From NCBI GenBank assembly GCA_021209335.1, contig JAJOIN010000005.1, positions 34 through 64,033 of the forward strand: a DNA stretch of 64,000 nt, written 5' to 3'. The stretch comes from Aeromonadaceae bacterium (GTDB lineage Bacteria; Pseudomonadota; Gammaproteobacteria; Enterobacterales; Aeromonadaceae). Position 1 is the first letter of the stretch; each line of letters opens with the position of its first letter. The notes under the pieces were generated by a model that saw only the letters and a list, made by a program, of their open reading frames with translations, was not told where the DNA came from and did not search any database. Positions 28,378-39,361 of this stretch are shown in pieces. The position numbers and the translations under genes are program-made.

Positions 28378-31300
28378 CTAGGGTGTCGTCAGCGGTGGCG
28401 CCGTATCGCCGGTCGTCGCCGGTGGCGCCGCGCTCAGGTAGGGGCCGAGCAGGGGCGCCATGCCCTTGAGTACTTGCACCGGCAGGGCAGATGTGAAGCG
28501 GAAGTTGTCCGCCGCACTGCCCTCGACAAAGGCGGTGAGGGTGCCGAAGTGCCGCTCTCCCAGGTAGAAGACGAAGGTGGCGGTCCGGTTCATGGCTTTG
28601 GAGCTGAGCACCTGGCCGTAACGGCTGACTGTCTCGATGCGGTTGTCGCCGGTGCCTGTCTTACCGCCCATCTGCAGCGGCGTGCCGTCGGCCTGGGCAA
28701 AGGTACCAGCGATGCGCCGGGCGGTGCCGGCCTCCACCACCTGGGTCAGGGCATCCCGCAGGGCGCGGGCCACCGCCACCGGCAATACCCGCTGGGGCTG
28801 GGCGTTCGGCCGGATAAAGTGGGTCTCATAGGGCGTGCCAGTGGCAAACTCCAGGCTGGCCAGCCGTTGTACCGGCAGCCGCACACCGTCGTTGAGTATG
28901 ATGCCGACAAGTTGTGCCAGGGCGGCGGGCCTGTCCCCCGAGCTGCCGATGGCGGTGGCCAGGGAGGGCACCAGGTGATCGAAGGGGTAGCCCAACTGCT
29001 GCCAGCGCTGGTGGATATCCAAGAAGGCTTCATTCTCCAGCAAGATGCGGATGCGGGTGTCCCGCGCGCCTTTGTGGCGGGAGCGAAACAGCCAGCCATA
29101 GACCTCCAGCCGCTGCTCGCGGCTGTCTGCCACGACCTGGCTGAAGGCGGCGTCCGGATGCTGGCGCAGATAGCCCAGCAGCCATAGCTCCAGGGGGTGA
29201 ATGCGGGCCAGATAGCCCTGATCCGGCAAAGAGAAGGCCCCCGGGCCATGGCGGCGGAACAGGCTCTCCAGCTGCTTGGGGGTCACCTTGCCTGGCAGCC
29301 ACTGCTGGATAAAGGCGCCCAGGGCCGCTTCGTCGGCCTGCGGGTAGAGATAGCGGTAGATCACGGCCAGCTTGGTGGCACTCAGGTGCGAGCCCTGCAA
29401 CAGTGTGGTCAGCCGGGTGCCTTCATCCTGGCCACGGTATTTGCGCCAGAAGCGCTGCAAATAGACGGTTCCCTCCTTGTCGGCGAAACGCTGCAGGTAC
29501 TGCTCCCGTCTGGGATCCTTATCATTTTCCAGCAGGGCACGGCGGGTGGGATCCTGGGCCAGGGTGTAGCGAACTATGTCCCGCAGCAGGCGGATGAAGG
29601 GCAGGTTGATGGACTCCTGCAGCGCTTGGCGCAGGGTGGGGCGCCGCTGGTTGTCTTCCTTGCGGAAGTTGCTGAAGGTGTGCAGGCCACCGCCAGTGAA
29701 GAAGCGCTCAAAGGGGCTGGCCGAGTAGCGCCGCTCCAGCGCCGCCGCCAGGATCTGCTCCAGGCTGGCGTTGGGTTGCATCAGCAGGTAGTCGCGGCAC
29801 CAGCGGCTGAGGCTGTCCAGGGGATCGAGTGTGAGCTGGCGCAGTTGCTCGCGGCTCATCTGACTCATGCTTTGATGCTGCTCACTGATGATCTGCAGAT
29901 AGGTGGTGAGCACCCGCAGCTTGGCGGTGGAGCCCAGCTCCAGCTTGCTGGCCTCGTTGATGTCAAACGGCTGATCCGTGTTGTCGGTTTGCACCCGCAC
30001 CAGGAAGCCATCCGGCGTGCGCTCATACAGGGTGAAGCTGTAGCGCACCTGGCCGGTCTTCTCCGGCGACAGCAAGCGCTCGCCATACAGGCCCAGCTGT
30101 TCGGCCACTGCGGGATCCGCCAGGGAGTGCAGGTAGGCGGTGATCCGTTGCTGCAGGGGCACGGTGAGGTAACTGCGTACTGTCAGATCCAGCCGATCCA
30201 ATTGATACAAGGAGAGCCCCAGCAGGCTGCTGAGGCGGCCGCGGGTGACAAACAGCGCCTTGTTACCGGCCACCTCCTGGTAGGCCGGCGCCTGGGCAAA
30301 CTGGCGAAAAGTCACCTGGCTGGCCAAGGCGGCCGTCTGTAGTGCGGGGGAGATCAGCCCGGCCTGTCCTAGCAGGCGCAGGTAGCTGTCGGTCAGCCGG
30401 GCCAGCTGCGGGCGCCCGGAGAGCAGATAAAAGGAGGGGCGGCGGTGGGCAATGAGCAGGCTGAGCACCTGGCGCAACGCCAGGGCCTGGGCCGCCAGCT
30501 GACGCTCATCCTCTGCCGGCTGGGCCAGGGTGGCCAGGGTTTGCTGTGGTTCGGCGCCATACCAGACCCAGAGGCCATCGGCGATGCCGTGCACCTCGCC
30601 AAAGCCGGGGGCGGCCGCCAGCGGCACGGCATTGAGGTAATCCCGCAACAACTGCTGGCGGTAGGCCAGGGTCAGCACACTGCGGCCATAGGCCTTGACC
30701 GAGGCGGCGGCCATCTGCCGCAGCTTCTCGGGGGCTGTGATGGTGCGCCCCTCCGGTGAGTGACGGAACTTCTCCATCTGGGTGGCCAAGGTGCTGCCGC
30801 CTGAGCCGTGCGCCGCCATTCCCAGCAGCTTGGCACCCTGCGCCAGCAGGGCGTTGCCAAAGCGCGGCCAGTCCACCGCCGGGTTACGCAGGGGGTAGTC
30901 ATCCTGCAGCAGATCCTTTTGCTCGATAAACAGCAAGCTGGCGGCCAGCAGGGGCGGCACGGCCGCCTGGCCCGCCAACTGGTGCTGCGGGAAGCGGGCC
31001 TGATAGAAGGTCTGCCCCCCCTCATCCAGCAGGGTCAGGCCGGCTTGGTGCTTCTCGGCATAGGGTGGCGTCAGCCCCAGGCCCTGATAGTCATACAGGG
31101 CCTGGCTTTGGCGCACCTGCTGGGTCAGCACATAGCCGCGCTCGGTCAGCCGCTGCTGAAAATCTGGCAGCCGTATGTAGCCCAGGCGCTCATCGTAGGG
31201 ACCGTCACTGGGAAACTGGATGCGTGGACTGGGGCCTGGCCCCAGCTGCCAGGTGAGGCGCTGAGCATACTGATGCAGCCAGTGGGCCTCGCCCCAACTG

Positions 31301-31473
31301 GTGAGCAGTTCACCGCCAAGGGCCAGGATCAGCAGCCATAACAGACTCATGGGTAGGATAAAACTCAGCCGGATCCGCCGTCGGCCGCGGGTGGCAACCG
31401 GCTCTGGGGCTTGGTCAGGCTCAAGCGGCGGCTGGCCACCTGCCTGCCAAGTCTTCAATGGTTCGACATCCAT
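28378..31473 (-). CDS. Large atypical class A PBP-like protein (transglycosylase-like + transpeptidase domains)
   Basis: One N-terminal TM; GGSTLATQMEK, EKLRQ and YLNAV (GT51-like); GSTAK (SxxK), ESIN (SxN) and GKTGT. Confidence 0.8.
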   Translation of the reverse strand: MDVEPLKTWQAGGQPPLEPDQAPEPVATRGRRRIRLSFILPMSLLWLLILALGGELLTSWGEAHWLHQYAQRLTWQLGPGPSPRIQFPSDGPYDERLGYIRLPDFQQRLTERGYVLTQQVRQSQALYDYQGLGLTPPYAEKHQAGLTLLDEGGQTFYQARFPQHQLAGQAAVPPLLAASLLFIEQKDLLQDDYPLRNPAVDWPRFGNALLAQGAKLLGMAAHGSGGSTLATQMEKFRHSPEGRTITAPEKLRQMAAASVKAYGRSVLTLAYRQQLLRDYLNAVPLAAAPGFGEVHGIADGLWVWYGAEPQQTLATLAQPAEDERQLAAQALALRQVLSLLIAHRRPSFYLLSGRPQLARLTDSYLRLLGQAGLISPALQTAALASQVTFRQFAQAPAYQEVAGNKALFVTRGRLSSLLGLSLYQLDRLDLTVRSYLTVPLQQRITAYLHSLADPAVAEQLGLYGERLLSPEKTGQVRYSFTLYERTPDGFLVRVQTDNTDQPFDINEASKLELGSTAKLRVLTTYLQIISEQHQSMSQMSREQLRQLTLDPLDSLSRWCRDYLLMQPNASLEQILAAALERRYSASPFERFFTGGGLHTFSNFRKEDNQRRPTLRQALQESINLPFIRLLRDIVRYTLAQDPTRRALLENDKDPRREQYLQRFADKEGTVYLQRFWRKYRGQDEGTRLTTLLQGSHLSATKLAVIYRYLYPQADEAALGAFIQQWLPGKVTPKQLESLFRRHGPGAFSLPDQGYLARIHPLELWLLGYLRQHPDAAFSQVVADSREQRLEVYGWLFRSRHKGARDTRIRILLENEAFLDIHQRWQQLGYPFDHLVPSLATAIGSSGDRPAALAQLVGIILNDGVRLPVQRLASLEFATGTPYETHFIRPNAQPQRVLPVAVARALRDALTQVVEAGTARRIAGTFAQADGTPLQMGGKTGTGDNRIETVSRYGQVLSSKAMNRTATFVFYLGERHFGTLTAFVEGSAADNFRFTSALPVQVLKGMAPLLGPYLSAAPPATTGDTAPPLTTP

Positions 31474-31649
31474 GGTGTCGACTCCTTGTCACTGCACACT
31501 GCATTCTTGTCATGATGCCCCCAGGCGTTTACGCATTAGGGGCCTACTGATGAGTGTATCGGGGTCAGTCGCAGGCCGTTGAGAGCCGGCTATCTTTTTT
31601 CGCTGCAAACAGAGAAAGTGCCAAACGGGCCGGTGTCCCGGCCCTTGGG

Positions 31650-33518
31650 TCAGAGGGTGAAATGGGCCACATTGCCGTTGAGGGCGGCGGCCATTTTTTG
31701 TAGCTCGTGGGCGGTTTGTTCGTTCTGGGTGGCGATCACCGCCACCTGGTCGGCGGCATCCGAGATAGCAGTGAGGTTGCAGGAGATCTCATCCGACACC
31801 TTGGTCTGCTCCTCAGCGGCCGTGGCTATCTGGGCGGACATGTCGGTGATCTGGGTGACCGCCAGGGTGATCTGCTCCAGGGCATCCCGGGCCTGCCGGG
31901 CATCGTCCACCGACAACTCCGCCAGCTTGCGGCTGGTGATCATGGACTCCACCGCATCCTGGGTGGTGCCCTGCAAGGTGTTGATGGTGTTCTGGATCTC
32001 GCTGGTGGCGGTGGCGGTACGCTTGGAGAGCACCCGCACCTCATCCGCCACCACCGCAAAGCCGCGGCCCTGCTCACCGGCCCGCGCCGCCTCAATGGCG
32101 GCATTGAGCGCCAGCAGGTTGGTCTGCTCGGCAATCCCCTGAATGGTGGTCACCACGCCGGAAATTTCCAGGGCATGCCGGTTGAGTAGCTCGATCACCT
32201 CGGTGGCGCGGCTGACCTCGTCGCTGAGCCGACCGATGGACGCACCGGTCTGCATGACGGTGCTGCGGCCATGTTCGCTGTGTTGCGAGGCTTCCAGCGC
32301 CATGGCCGCCGTATTCTCGGCATTGCTGGCGATCTCCTGGGTGGCGGCGGCCATCTCGGTCACTGCCGTGGCCACCATGCCGATCTCATGTTGCTGCCGG
32401 CGCACCTCTTCGGCCGAGTGCTCGCTGCGAGACAGGCCCAGACCGGCGTTCTCGCCGATCTCCCCGGCCTGCTGACGGATATGGCTGATGAGCTGATGCT
32501 GGCTCTCCACAAACTGGTTGAAGTGATTGGCCAGGGCGCCAATTTCATCGTTGATACGGATGCTGATGCGCTGGGTCAGATCGCCGGCGCCGCTGGCGAT
32601 GTTACGCAGGGCCAGGGAGACCTGGGTCAGGGGACGGAGCAGCACATTCAGCATCAAGCCGGTCAGCAGTATGCTGCCTACCAGCACCGCCAAGGCCACC
32701 CCCAGCTGCAGCAGCAGTTGGGTTTTCAGGGGGGCGAGCAGGGTGTTGGCATCCAGCAGGAATACCAGCACCCATTGGCTGGAGGGCTCCTCAATCGCCC
32801 AGACCAGCTTCTTCTGCCCCAGAAACTCGACGGGCGTCAGGGATGGCTGCCGGGCGATCTGCGCTATCCTGCCGGCGGAGAGTTGGGGATCCAACTCACT
32901 GACGGGTTTGAGCACCCATTGCTTGTCGGCGAAGGCGATGACGGTGCCGTCTTTGTGGATCACCAGGGTCTGGCCGTTGGCCGGCAACGGGGTCTTTTCC
33001 AGGGTATTGAGCAAGTGGGAGAGGGTCACCACCCCGGCCACCACGCCTTTGTCCACCTCCTGGGCATAGCTGACGATGAGTTCCTTCAAGGAGGCGCTGA
33101 CGTAGGGCTTGGTCAAGATGACACCGCTGGCCTGCTTGGCGTCGATATACCAGTCGCGCTTGCGCGGGTCGAAGCCGGTGCGATCTATGCTGGGGTCGGC
33201 GTCGAACATCCTGCCGCTGTCATCCCCGTAGAATGCCAGGGCCAGGTTGGCGGCCTGCTGGGCCTGTTGCAGGTTCTGGGTGATGTCCCCCTGGTCATAA
33301 AACTTGGCCAGGGTCTGCACCGCAGATTTCTTAGCGGCTAACCAGGTGTCCAGGGTGATGGCACTCTGCTGCCCTATCCCTTTAACCGCCAGGTAGCTCT
33401 GCTGCATCAACTGGCCCTTGAGGGTGAGGTAGCTGTTCCAGCTCATCAGGGCGACCACGATAAACAGGGCCGTGGCCATGGCCAGCAGAATTTTGGTTTT
33501 CAGCGAGGTGATCTGCAT
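31650..33518 (-). CDS. Methyl-accepting chemotaxis protein with double Cache sensor
   Basis: TM-dCache ([13 protein letters not shown])-TM-HAMP-MCP signalling domain; ATG 33518 with AAGGA upstream. Confidence 0.92.
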   Translation of the reverse strand: MQITSLKTKILLAMATALFIVVALMSWNSYLTLKGQLMQQSYLAVKGIGQQSAITLDTWLAAKKSAVQTLAKFYDQGDITQNLQQAQQAANLALAFYGDDSGRMFDADPSIDRTGFDPRKRDWYIDAKQASGVILTKPYVSASLKELIVSYAQEVDKGVVAGVVTLSHLLNTLEKTPLPANGQTLVIHKDGTVIAFADKQWVLKPVSELDPQLSAGRIAQIARQPSLTPVEFLGQKKLVWAIEEPSSQWVLVFLLDANTLLAPLKTQLLLQLGVALAVLVGSILLTGLMLNVLLRPLTQVSLALRNIASGAGDLTQRISIRINDEIGALANHFNQFVESQHQLISHIRQQAGEIGENAGLGLSRSEHSAEEVRRQQHEIGMVATAVTEMAAATQEIASNAENTAAMALEASQHSEHGRSTVMQTGASIGRLSDEVSRATEVIELLNRHALEISGVVTTIQGIAEQTNLLALNAAIEAARAGEQGRGFAVVADEVRVLSKRTATATSEIQNTINTLQGTTQDAVESMITSRKLAELSVDDARQARDALEQITLAVTQITDMSAQIATAAEEQTKVSDEISCNLTAISDAADQVAVIATQNEQTAHELQKMAAALNGNVAHFTL

Positions 33519-33677
33519 ACGGGGACATCCTTGCAAGGTGGGGTACTTACTGGGCAGACGGTGTGACTGCGTCTTTGTGTATTGGCACAAGTATAGATAA
33601 GCACAGTCTTTTTTCCGGTTAAGGGCAGCCGGTATTCGCATCAAGGATACTTTGTCTTCCCGGCAGGTTGGCGGCAT

Positions 33678-33705
33678 AAAAAAACGGGCGTGTGATACGC
33701 CCGTT
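33678..33705 (-). terminator. ybiT terminator
   Basis: AACGGGCGT/ACGCCCGTT stem with T7 on the minus strand. Confidence 0.75.
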
Positions 33706-33725
33706 GTGTGGTCAGCTGCGGTGGC

Positions 33726-35321
33726 TTAGCCCTCGATGCCCTGGCTGCGCAGGTAGTCTTCGTAGTTGCCACCGAAGTCGACGATCTTCTGCGGGGTGAT
33801 CTCCAGCACCCGGGTGGCCAGGGAGCTGACGAATTCCCGGTCGTGGGAGACGAAGATCAGGCTGCCCTGGTACATCTCCAGCGCCAGGTTCAAGGATTCG
33901 ATGGATTCCATGTCCAGGTGGTTGGTGGGTTCGTCCATGATGAGCACGTTGGGCTTTTCCATCATCAGCTTGCCAAACAGCATGCGGCCCTTCTCGCCGC
34001 CGGACAGCACCTTGACCTTCTTCTTGATGTCATCCTGGCCGAACAGCAGGCGGCCCAGCACGCTGCGCACCGCCTGCTCGTCATCGCCGGGCTGGCGCCA
34101 CTGGCTCATCCAGTCGAACACGGTGAGATCGCAGTCGAACTCTTCGGCGTGATCCTGGGCGTAGTAGCCGATCTTGGCGTTCTCCGACCACTTGATGCTG
34201 CCGGCATCCGGGGTCAGCTCGCCCACCAGCGTCTTGATGAAGGTGGTCTTGCCCGCGCCGTTGGTGCCGATCACGGCAATCTTCTCGCCCACTTCCATCA
34301 TCATGCGGAAGTCCTGGAACAGGGGGCCTTCATCGTAGCCCTTGGCCAGGGCTTCGATCTCCAGGATGTTGCGGTAGAGCTTCTTCTCCTGCTCGAAGCG
34401 GATGAAGGGGTTCTGCCGGCTGGAGGCCTTGACCTCTTCAAGCTGGATCTTGTCGATCTGCTTCAGGCGCGAGGTGGCCTGCCGGGACTTGGAGGCGTTG
34501 GCGCTGAAGCGGCTGACGAAGGATTGCAGATCGGCGATCTGGGCCTTCTTCTTGGCGTTGTCCGCCAGCAGGCGCTCGCGGGCCTGGGTGGCGGCGGTCA
34601 TGTAGTCGTCATAGTTGCCCGGGTAGACCCGCAGCTCGCCGTAGTCCAGATCCGCCATGTGGGTGCACACCATGTTCAGGAAGTGACGGTCGTGAGAGAT
34701 GATGATCATGGTGCTGTTGCGGCTGTTGAGCATCTGCTCCAGCCAGCTGATGGTGTGGATGTCCAGGTTGTTGGTCGGTTCGTCCAGCAACAGGATATCC
34801 GGGTTGGAGAACAGCGCCTGGGCCAGCAACACCCGCAGCTTCCAGCCGGGGGCCACCTCGCTCATGGGGCCGTTGTGCTGCTCCAGCGGGATCCCTACCC
34901 CCAACAGCAGCTCGCCGGCGCGGGCCTCGGCGGTGTAGCCATCGTATTCGGCGACCTTGCCTTCAAGCTCGGCGGCACGCATGTAGTCTTCGTCGGTGGC
35001 TTCCATATTGGCGTAGATGGCGTCGCGCTCGGCGATGGCCGCCCACAGCTCGGTGTGGCCCATCATCACCACGTCCAGCACCCGCATCTCTTCATAGGCA
35101 AACTGATCCTGCCGCAGCTTACCGATCCGCTCGTTGGGATCCAAAGAGACATTGCCGGCCGTGGGGTCCAGATCGCCCCCCAATATCTTCATGAAGGTGG
35201 ACTTGCCGCAACCGTTGGCGCCGATCAGGCCGTAGCGGTTACCGCCGCCAAATTTGACGGAGATGTTTTCAAACAGCGGCTTGCTGCCGAACTGCATGGT
35301 GATGTTGCTGGTGACTAACAC
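33726..35321 (-). CDS. ybiT: ABC-F family ATPase
   Basis: [36 protein letters not shown]; two ABC domains and no TM segments. Confidence 0.93.
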   Translation of the reverse strand: MLVTSNITMQFGSKPLFENISVKFGGGNRYGLIGANGCGKSTFMKILGGDLDPTAGNVSLDPNERIGKLRQDQFAYEEMRVLDVVMMGHTELWAAIAERDAIYANMEATDEDYMRAAELEGKVAEYDGYTAEARAGELLLGVGIPLEQHNGPMSEVAPGWKLRVLLAQALFSNPDILLLDEPTNNLDIHTISWLEQMLNSRNSTMIIISHDRHFLNMVCTHMADLDYGELRVYPGNYDDYMTAATQARERLLADNAKKKAQIADLQSFVSRFSANASKSRQATSRLKQIDKIQLEEVKASSRQNPFIRFEQEKKLYRNILEIEALAKGYDEGPLFQDFRMMMEVGEKIAVIGTNGAGKTTFIKTLVGELTPDAGSIKWSENAKIGYYAQDHAEEFDCDLTVFDWMSQWRQPGDDEQAVRSVLGRLLFGQDDIKKKVKVLSGGEKGRMLFGKLMMEKPNVLIMDEPTNHLDMESIESLNLALEMYQGSLIFVSHDREFVSSLATRVLEITPQKIVDFGGNYEDYLRSQGIEG

Positions 35322-35405
35322 GGGAATATCCTATCGGGAAAAGAATGGGCGGCAGTATAGCATGCGTGCGATCACAACTCTGCCCCTGCGTGGGGGGCGC
35401 GGGCA

Positions 35406-36805
35406 TCACAGCGGACGGGGTTGGGTGAGCCGCAGGCTGCTCACCAGGGCGGCCAGGCTGGCAAAGCCGCCGGCGGTGATCAGGCAGGCATGGGTGCCGC
35501 CGGCAGGAAAGAGATTGAAGGCCAGGGCCACCAGGGCCGCCCCGTGGTTTGTCCCACCAGGCGGGCGGTGCCCAGCATGCCGCTGGCGCCGCCGCTGCGA
35601 TGGCGCGGTGCGGCGCTGATGATGGTGTGATTATTGGGCGATTGGAACAGGCCAAAGCCCGCACCGCTGATAAACATACACAGGCAGATGGCCAGATAAC
35701 TGGGCTGGGCGGGTAAGGCGGCCAGGCCGAACAGCCCGACGGCGAACACCGCCAGACCGATGGCGCCCAGCAAGCCGGCATGAAAGCGCTCGATGAGCCG
35801 GCCGGCAATCGGCGCCAGCAACAGGGTGGCGATGGGCCAGGGGGTGAGCAGCAGGCCGGTGTCGATCTCGCTTAAGCCCATGTGGCGCTGCAGGTAGAAC
35901 GGCACCGATACCATGGCCAGCATCTGGGCGCAAAACGAGGCGATGGAGGTGGCAATCGACAGGGCAAACACCGGGATGCGCAGCAGATCCACCGGCAGCA
36001 GCGGGAAGGGCCGGCTGAGCTGCCGGCGGACAAAGAAGAGGCCGATGAGCAAGGTGGCAGCCAGCGCCAACAGGCTAAGCCAGAGGGGCTGGTGATGGGC
36101 CAAGCCGTTAAGTCCGATGAAGAAGAGGCCGAAGGTGAGGGCGTTGAGCAGGGCGCTCACCTTGTCGAATCTATGATTCTCGGCGCCGCAGTTACCAGGC
36201 AGGTACTTCAGGCCCAGCACAATGGCCAGGAGGCCGAGGGGCACATTGATGGCGAACAACCACTGCCAGGAGGCCACCGCCAGTATGCCAGCGGCCACCG
36301 TGGGGCCGGCGGCCGCCGCCACCGACACCACCAGGGCATTGAGCCCCATGCCGCGGCCTAAGCGGTGCTTGGGATAGATGAGGCGCACCAGTGCGGTGTT
36401 GACGCTCATTAAGGCGGCGGCGCCCAGTCCTTGCAGCAACCGGGAGAGGGTCAGCCCCACCAGGCTGTCCGAGAGGGCGCAGCCGATGGACATGACGGTA
36501 AACAGCAGGAGGCCCGCCAGATAGACCTTGCGATAGCCGATGATGTCGCCCAGGGAGGCGAGGGGCAGCAAGGTCATGGTGATGATGAGCTGATAGGCCG
36601 TGACGATCCAGATGGAGGCGGCGGCGCTCACTTGCAGTTCGCCGGCCAGCGTCGGCAGGGCCACGTTGACGATGCTGGCATCCAGCACCGCCAGCATGAT
36701 GCCAAAGGCGATGGTGGCAATGGCGCCGATGCGAGCCGGCATGGGGACGCCATCAACGGCGAGCTCACCTGGGCTGCCAGGCGGTGGCGGGGCGGAGTGC
36801 ATCAC
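35406..36805 (-). CDS. MFS drug:H+ antiporter (14-TM, YebQ-like), frameshifted near the 3' end
   Basis: LDASIVNVALP, GDIIGYRK, INVPLG and FQSPNN motifs. One added G at 35540-35543 restores GQTTGAALVA...LRLTQPRPL* ending at 35406. Confidence 0.85.
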
Positions 36806-36855
36806 ATCAAGATCCGAATTTTGGGGCTGGGCTGCCCGCAGGCCATGGCCTAACC

Positions 36856-37332
36856 CTACTGGCTTTTGCCTGCTTCATCAACCACTTGAGATAGGCTCTG
36901 TGGTGCCTCTCTGTGCCAATGGATCTTGTGGCCAAACACATGGCGGTTGCAGGTGAGCTTGAGGTGTTGCAGGCGCAGCCGCCAGATCGGATGCCTGGCA
37001 AGCCGGGCCAGGGGATGACGTTGGCAATACAGGGCTCGGGCGGCGCGGGCTGGCGGGCCCTCCAGGCACGTGGCCAGGGCGGTAAATTGCACCCCTATGA
37101 TGTCGATGAGGCTATCGGGTTGACCGCTGATGCTGCCAGCTACCTGGGGACTGTGCCCCATGGCGGCACCGTGGCGGGTGGCTGGGCTGGTGAGCAGCAG
37201 CAGGTCGCCCAGCGTCAGATCCACCGCATAGAAGCAGCTGGCGGCCCACAGGCCGTCTTCATCCTGGGTGGCCAGGCTAAGCACATGATGCTGCTGCAGA
37301 AAATCGGCAAGCAGGCCAGGGATGGGGGGCAT
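36856..37332 (-). CDS. YhbP-like pyridoxamine 5'-phosphate oxidase family protein
   Basis: FLQQHHVLSLAT, LWAASCFY, TRHG, GVQF and FGHKIHW motifs. Confidence 0.8.
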   Translation of the reverse strand: MPPIPGLLADFLQQHHVLSLATQDEDGLWAASCFYAVDLTLGDLLLLTSPATRHGAAMGHSPQVAGSISGQPDSLIDIIGVQFTALATCLEGPPARAARALYCQRHPLARLARHPIWRLRLQHLKLTCNRHVFGHKIHWHREAPQSLSQVVDEAGKSQ

Positions 37333-37341
37333 GATTCCTCC

Positions 37342-37368
37342 AAAAAACAGGGCCGGTAAACCGGCCCC
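37342..37368 (-). terminator. Probable yccA terminator
   Basis: GGGCCGGT-AA-ACCGGCCC stem with a T6 tract on the minus strand. Confidence 0.55.
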
Positions 37369-37393
37369 GTCTGTAACAATCTTGATGCGCTGT

Positions 37394-38050
37394 TTAGTCG
37401 CGGCTCATGCCCAACAGGCTGAGCAGGCTGATAAAGATGTTATAGATGGAGACATACAGGCTGACGGTGGCGGAGATGTAGTTGCGCTCGCCGCCGTGGA
37501 TGATGGCGCTGGTCTGCATCAGGATGGCACCGCTTGAGAACAGGATGAAGAGGGCGCTCATGGCCAGATGCAACGCCGGGGTTTGAATGAAGAAACCGGC
37601 GATCATCATCACCACCAGCACCACAAAACCCGCCATCATCATGCCGCCCAAGAAGGACATGTCCTTGCGGGTGACCAGCACATAGGCCGACAGTGCCAGG
37701 AAGGTGGCCGCCGTACCGCCCAGGGCGGTCATTACCAGCTCCATGCCCTGGGTGGCCACCACCAGGTTGAGCAAGGGGCCCAGGATGTAGCCCATGAAAC
37801 CGGTGAAGGCGAAGGCAAACACCAGCCCCAGCGGGCTGTTACGGTTGCGCTCGGTGAGGAACATCAGGCCATAACAACCTAGCAGTGAGATAACCAGGCC
37901 CGGGTGTGGCAGGCCCATGGCGGCACTGAACCAGGCTGTCAAGGCCGAGAAGGCCAGGGTGAGGGAGAGCAGCAGGTAGGTATTGCGCAGAACACTGCTG
38001 ATTTCCAGATCCAGGGTACGGCGCTGGGTAAGCACTTGGGTCGGTTGCAT
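37394..38050 (-). CDS. yccA: Bax inhibitor-1/YccA family membrane protein
   Basis: VLRNTYLLLSLTL, FTGFMG, RKDMSFLGG and GGERNYISATVSLYVSIYN motifs; divergent from tRNA-Ser. Confidence 0.93.
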   Translation of the reverse strand: MQPTQVLTQRRTLDLEISSVLRNTYLLLSLTLAFSALTAWFSAAMGLPHPGLVISLLGCYGLMFLTERNRNSPLGLVFAFAFTGFMGYILGPLLNLVVATQGMELVMTALGGTAATFLALSAYVLVTRKDMSFLGGMMMAGFVVLVVMMIAGFFIQTPALHLAMSALFILFSSGAILMQTSAIIHGGERNYISATVSLYVSIYNIFISLLSLLGMSRD

Positions 38051-38189
38051 CGTGATGGGCTCCATCAAAAAGGGCGGTCTACTGCGCCTAATGTGGCGCT
38101 GAAGTGCCGGAATTTCAACCGAAATGACCATCGACCGGTCGACATTGTTTAAAGCGTAGGCAAACTGTCGTCACCATCACGCCGGACTA

Positions 38190-38225
38190 TTTACAACGGA
38201 CAGGCGGCTTTGTAGTATGCGCCCC
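38190..38225 (+). promoter_or_regulatory. Sigma70 promoter of tRNA-Ser with GC-rich discriminator
   Basis: TTTACA (38190-38195), 17 bp, TAGTAT (38213-38218), then GCGCCCC. Confidence 0.75.
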
Positions 38226-38230
38226 AAGCC

Positions 38231-38318
38231 GGAGGGGTGGCAGAGCGGCTTAATGCAACGGTCTTGAAAACCGTCGATGGGCGACCATCCGTGGGTTCAA
38301 ATCCCACCCCCTCCGCCA
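38231..38318 (+). tRNA. serT: tRNA-Ser (anticodon TGA)
   Basis: GGAGGGG/CCCCTCC acceptor stem, ACGGT-CTTGAAA-ACCGT anticodon arm, long variable arm, GGTTCAAATCC T arm and encoded CCA. Confidence 0.97.
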
Positions 38319-38324
38319 GATTTG

Positions 38325-38352
38325 AAGAGCGAGCCTTAGGGCTCGCTCTTTT
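38325..38352 (+). terminator. tRNA terminator
   Basis: AAGAGCGAGCC-TTAG-GGCTCGCTCTTTT. Confidence 0.8.
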
Positions 38353-38387
38353 GCTATGGGCCTCGTTAGCCATTTAAGGAGCAGGCG

Positions 38388-39044
38388 ATGCTGACCGCCG
38401 CCTTCAGCGTGTGTTTTACCCATCCGGACTTCCTGGTGCTGAACAAGGCGCCCGGCATCGGCATTCATGATGAGGCGGGTGCGCCCGGTCTCATCCATCT
38501 GGCCCGTGAGCAGTTGGGGCTGGAGCTGTATCCCGTGCACCGGCTCGACAAGGTTACCTCCGGCCTGTTGCTGGTGGCGCGGCACAAGGCGGCCAATCAG
38601 GCCTTGAGTCAGGCCTTCGCCCTGCGCCTGGTGAAGAAGCAGTACTTGGCCATCAGCGATCACAAGCCGAAGAAGAAGCAGGGGCTCATTCAGGGCGACA
38701 TGGTCAAGGGGCGGCGCGGCGCCTGGCTGCTGACCCGCAGCCTGGAGAACCCGGCCATCACCCGCTTCACCTCCACCAGTGTGGGCGCGGGGCGACGGCT
38801 GTATTGTTTAAGCCCGCTCACCGGCAAGACTCACCAGTTGCGGGTGGCCATGAAGAGCCTGGGGGCCCCCATCCTGGGGGATGCCCTCTATGGTGGCAGC
38901 CCGGCCGATCGCGTCTACCTGCACGCCTGGCGCATTGGGTTTCCCTACGCCGATGAGCTTTGGCAATTCGAAGCGGCCCCTGAGGTGGGTGAGGGTTTTG
39001 CCCAACTGCCGGCTGAAGCGGCGCTGGCTGCCGCGGCCGACTAG
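38388..39044 (+). CDS. RluA-family pseudouridine synthase (TIGR01621-like)
   Basis: VHRLDKVTSGLL, KPKKKQG, TGKTHQLRV, ILGDALY and YLHA motifs. Confidence 0.9.
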   Translation: MLTAAFSVCFTHPDFLVLNKAPGIGIHDEAGAPGLIHLAREQLGLELYPVHRLDKVTSGLLLVARHKAANQALSQAFALRLVKKQYLAISDHKPKKKQGLIQGDMVKGRRGAWLLTRSLENPAITRFTSTSVGAGRRLYCLSPLTGKTHQLRVAMKSLGAPILGDALYGGSPADRVYLHAWRIGFPYADELWQFEAAPEVGEGFAQLPAEAALAAAAD

Positions 39045-39281
39045 CCAGTCACGCCATCTTTTGGCTCCCAACCCGCTTTCATTCTCTGTTGCTCGCGTCC
39101 GGTGGTTGGCGCGCGTGCGTCCTTTGCTCATCACGGACGGCGGTCATGCCTGATTTCCTGCTGGTAAAGCCGTGATGGCTAGTGTGTGTCCGTTTCATTA
39201 GGCCTGGCCTGCTGAATATTTGACCATTCAAATCGGCGAACGCCCTATTTCATCACCCTGGTTAGCCTGGGATCGGCATGG

Positions 39282-39361
39282 GGCGCCAACTTGGTGCAAT
39301 CCTTGCCTGCCCCTGCGGTTTTGCCGGGCAAAAGGCCCTAAAAAGTTGGCCCGCTATTTGC
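39282..39361 (+). promoter_or_regulatory. Sigma54 promoter with upstream NtrC-type box
   Basis: TGGCCCG-CTAT-TTGC (39347-39361) with correct GG/GC spacing; GGCGCCA-ACT-TGGTGCA (39282-39298) resembles TGCACCA-N3-TGGTGCA. Confidence 0.7.

Noticed and set aside
11520-32140. Near-identical ~100-nt stretches in the two MCP genes (about 11520-11625 and 32035-32135), forming a distant inverted repeat
   Set aside because: They encode the conserved chemoreceptor hairpin tip and are not the ends of a mobile element.
38231-38390. tRNA-Ser as an island integration site
   Set aside because: A terminator and a housekeeping gene follow directly. I saw no integrase and no duplicated tRNA 3' end, so the site appears empty.
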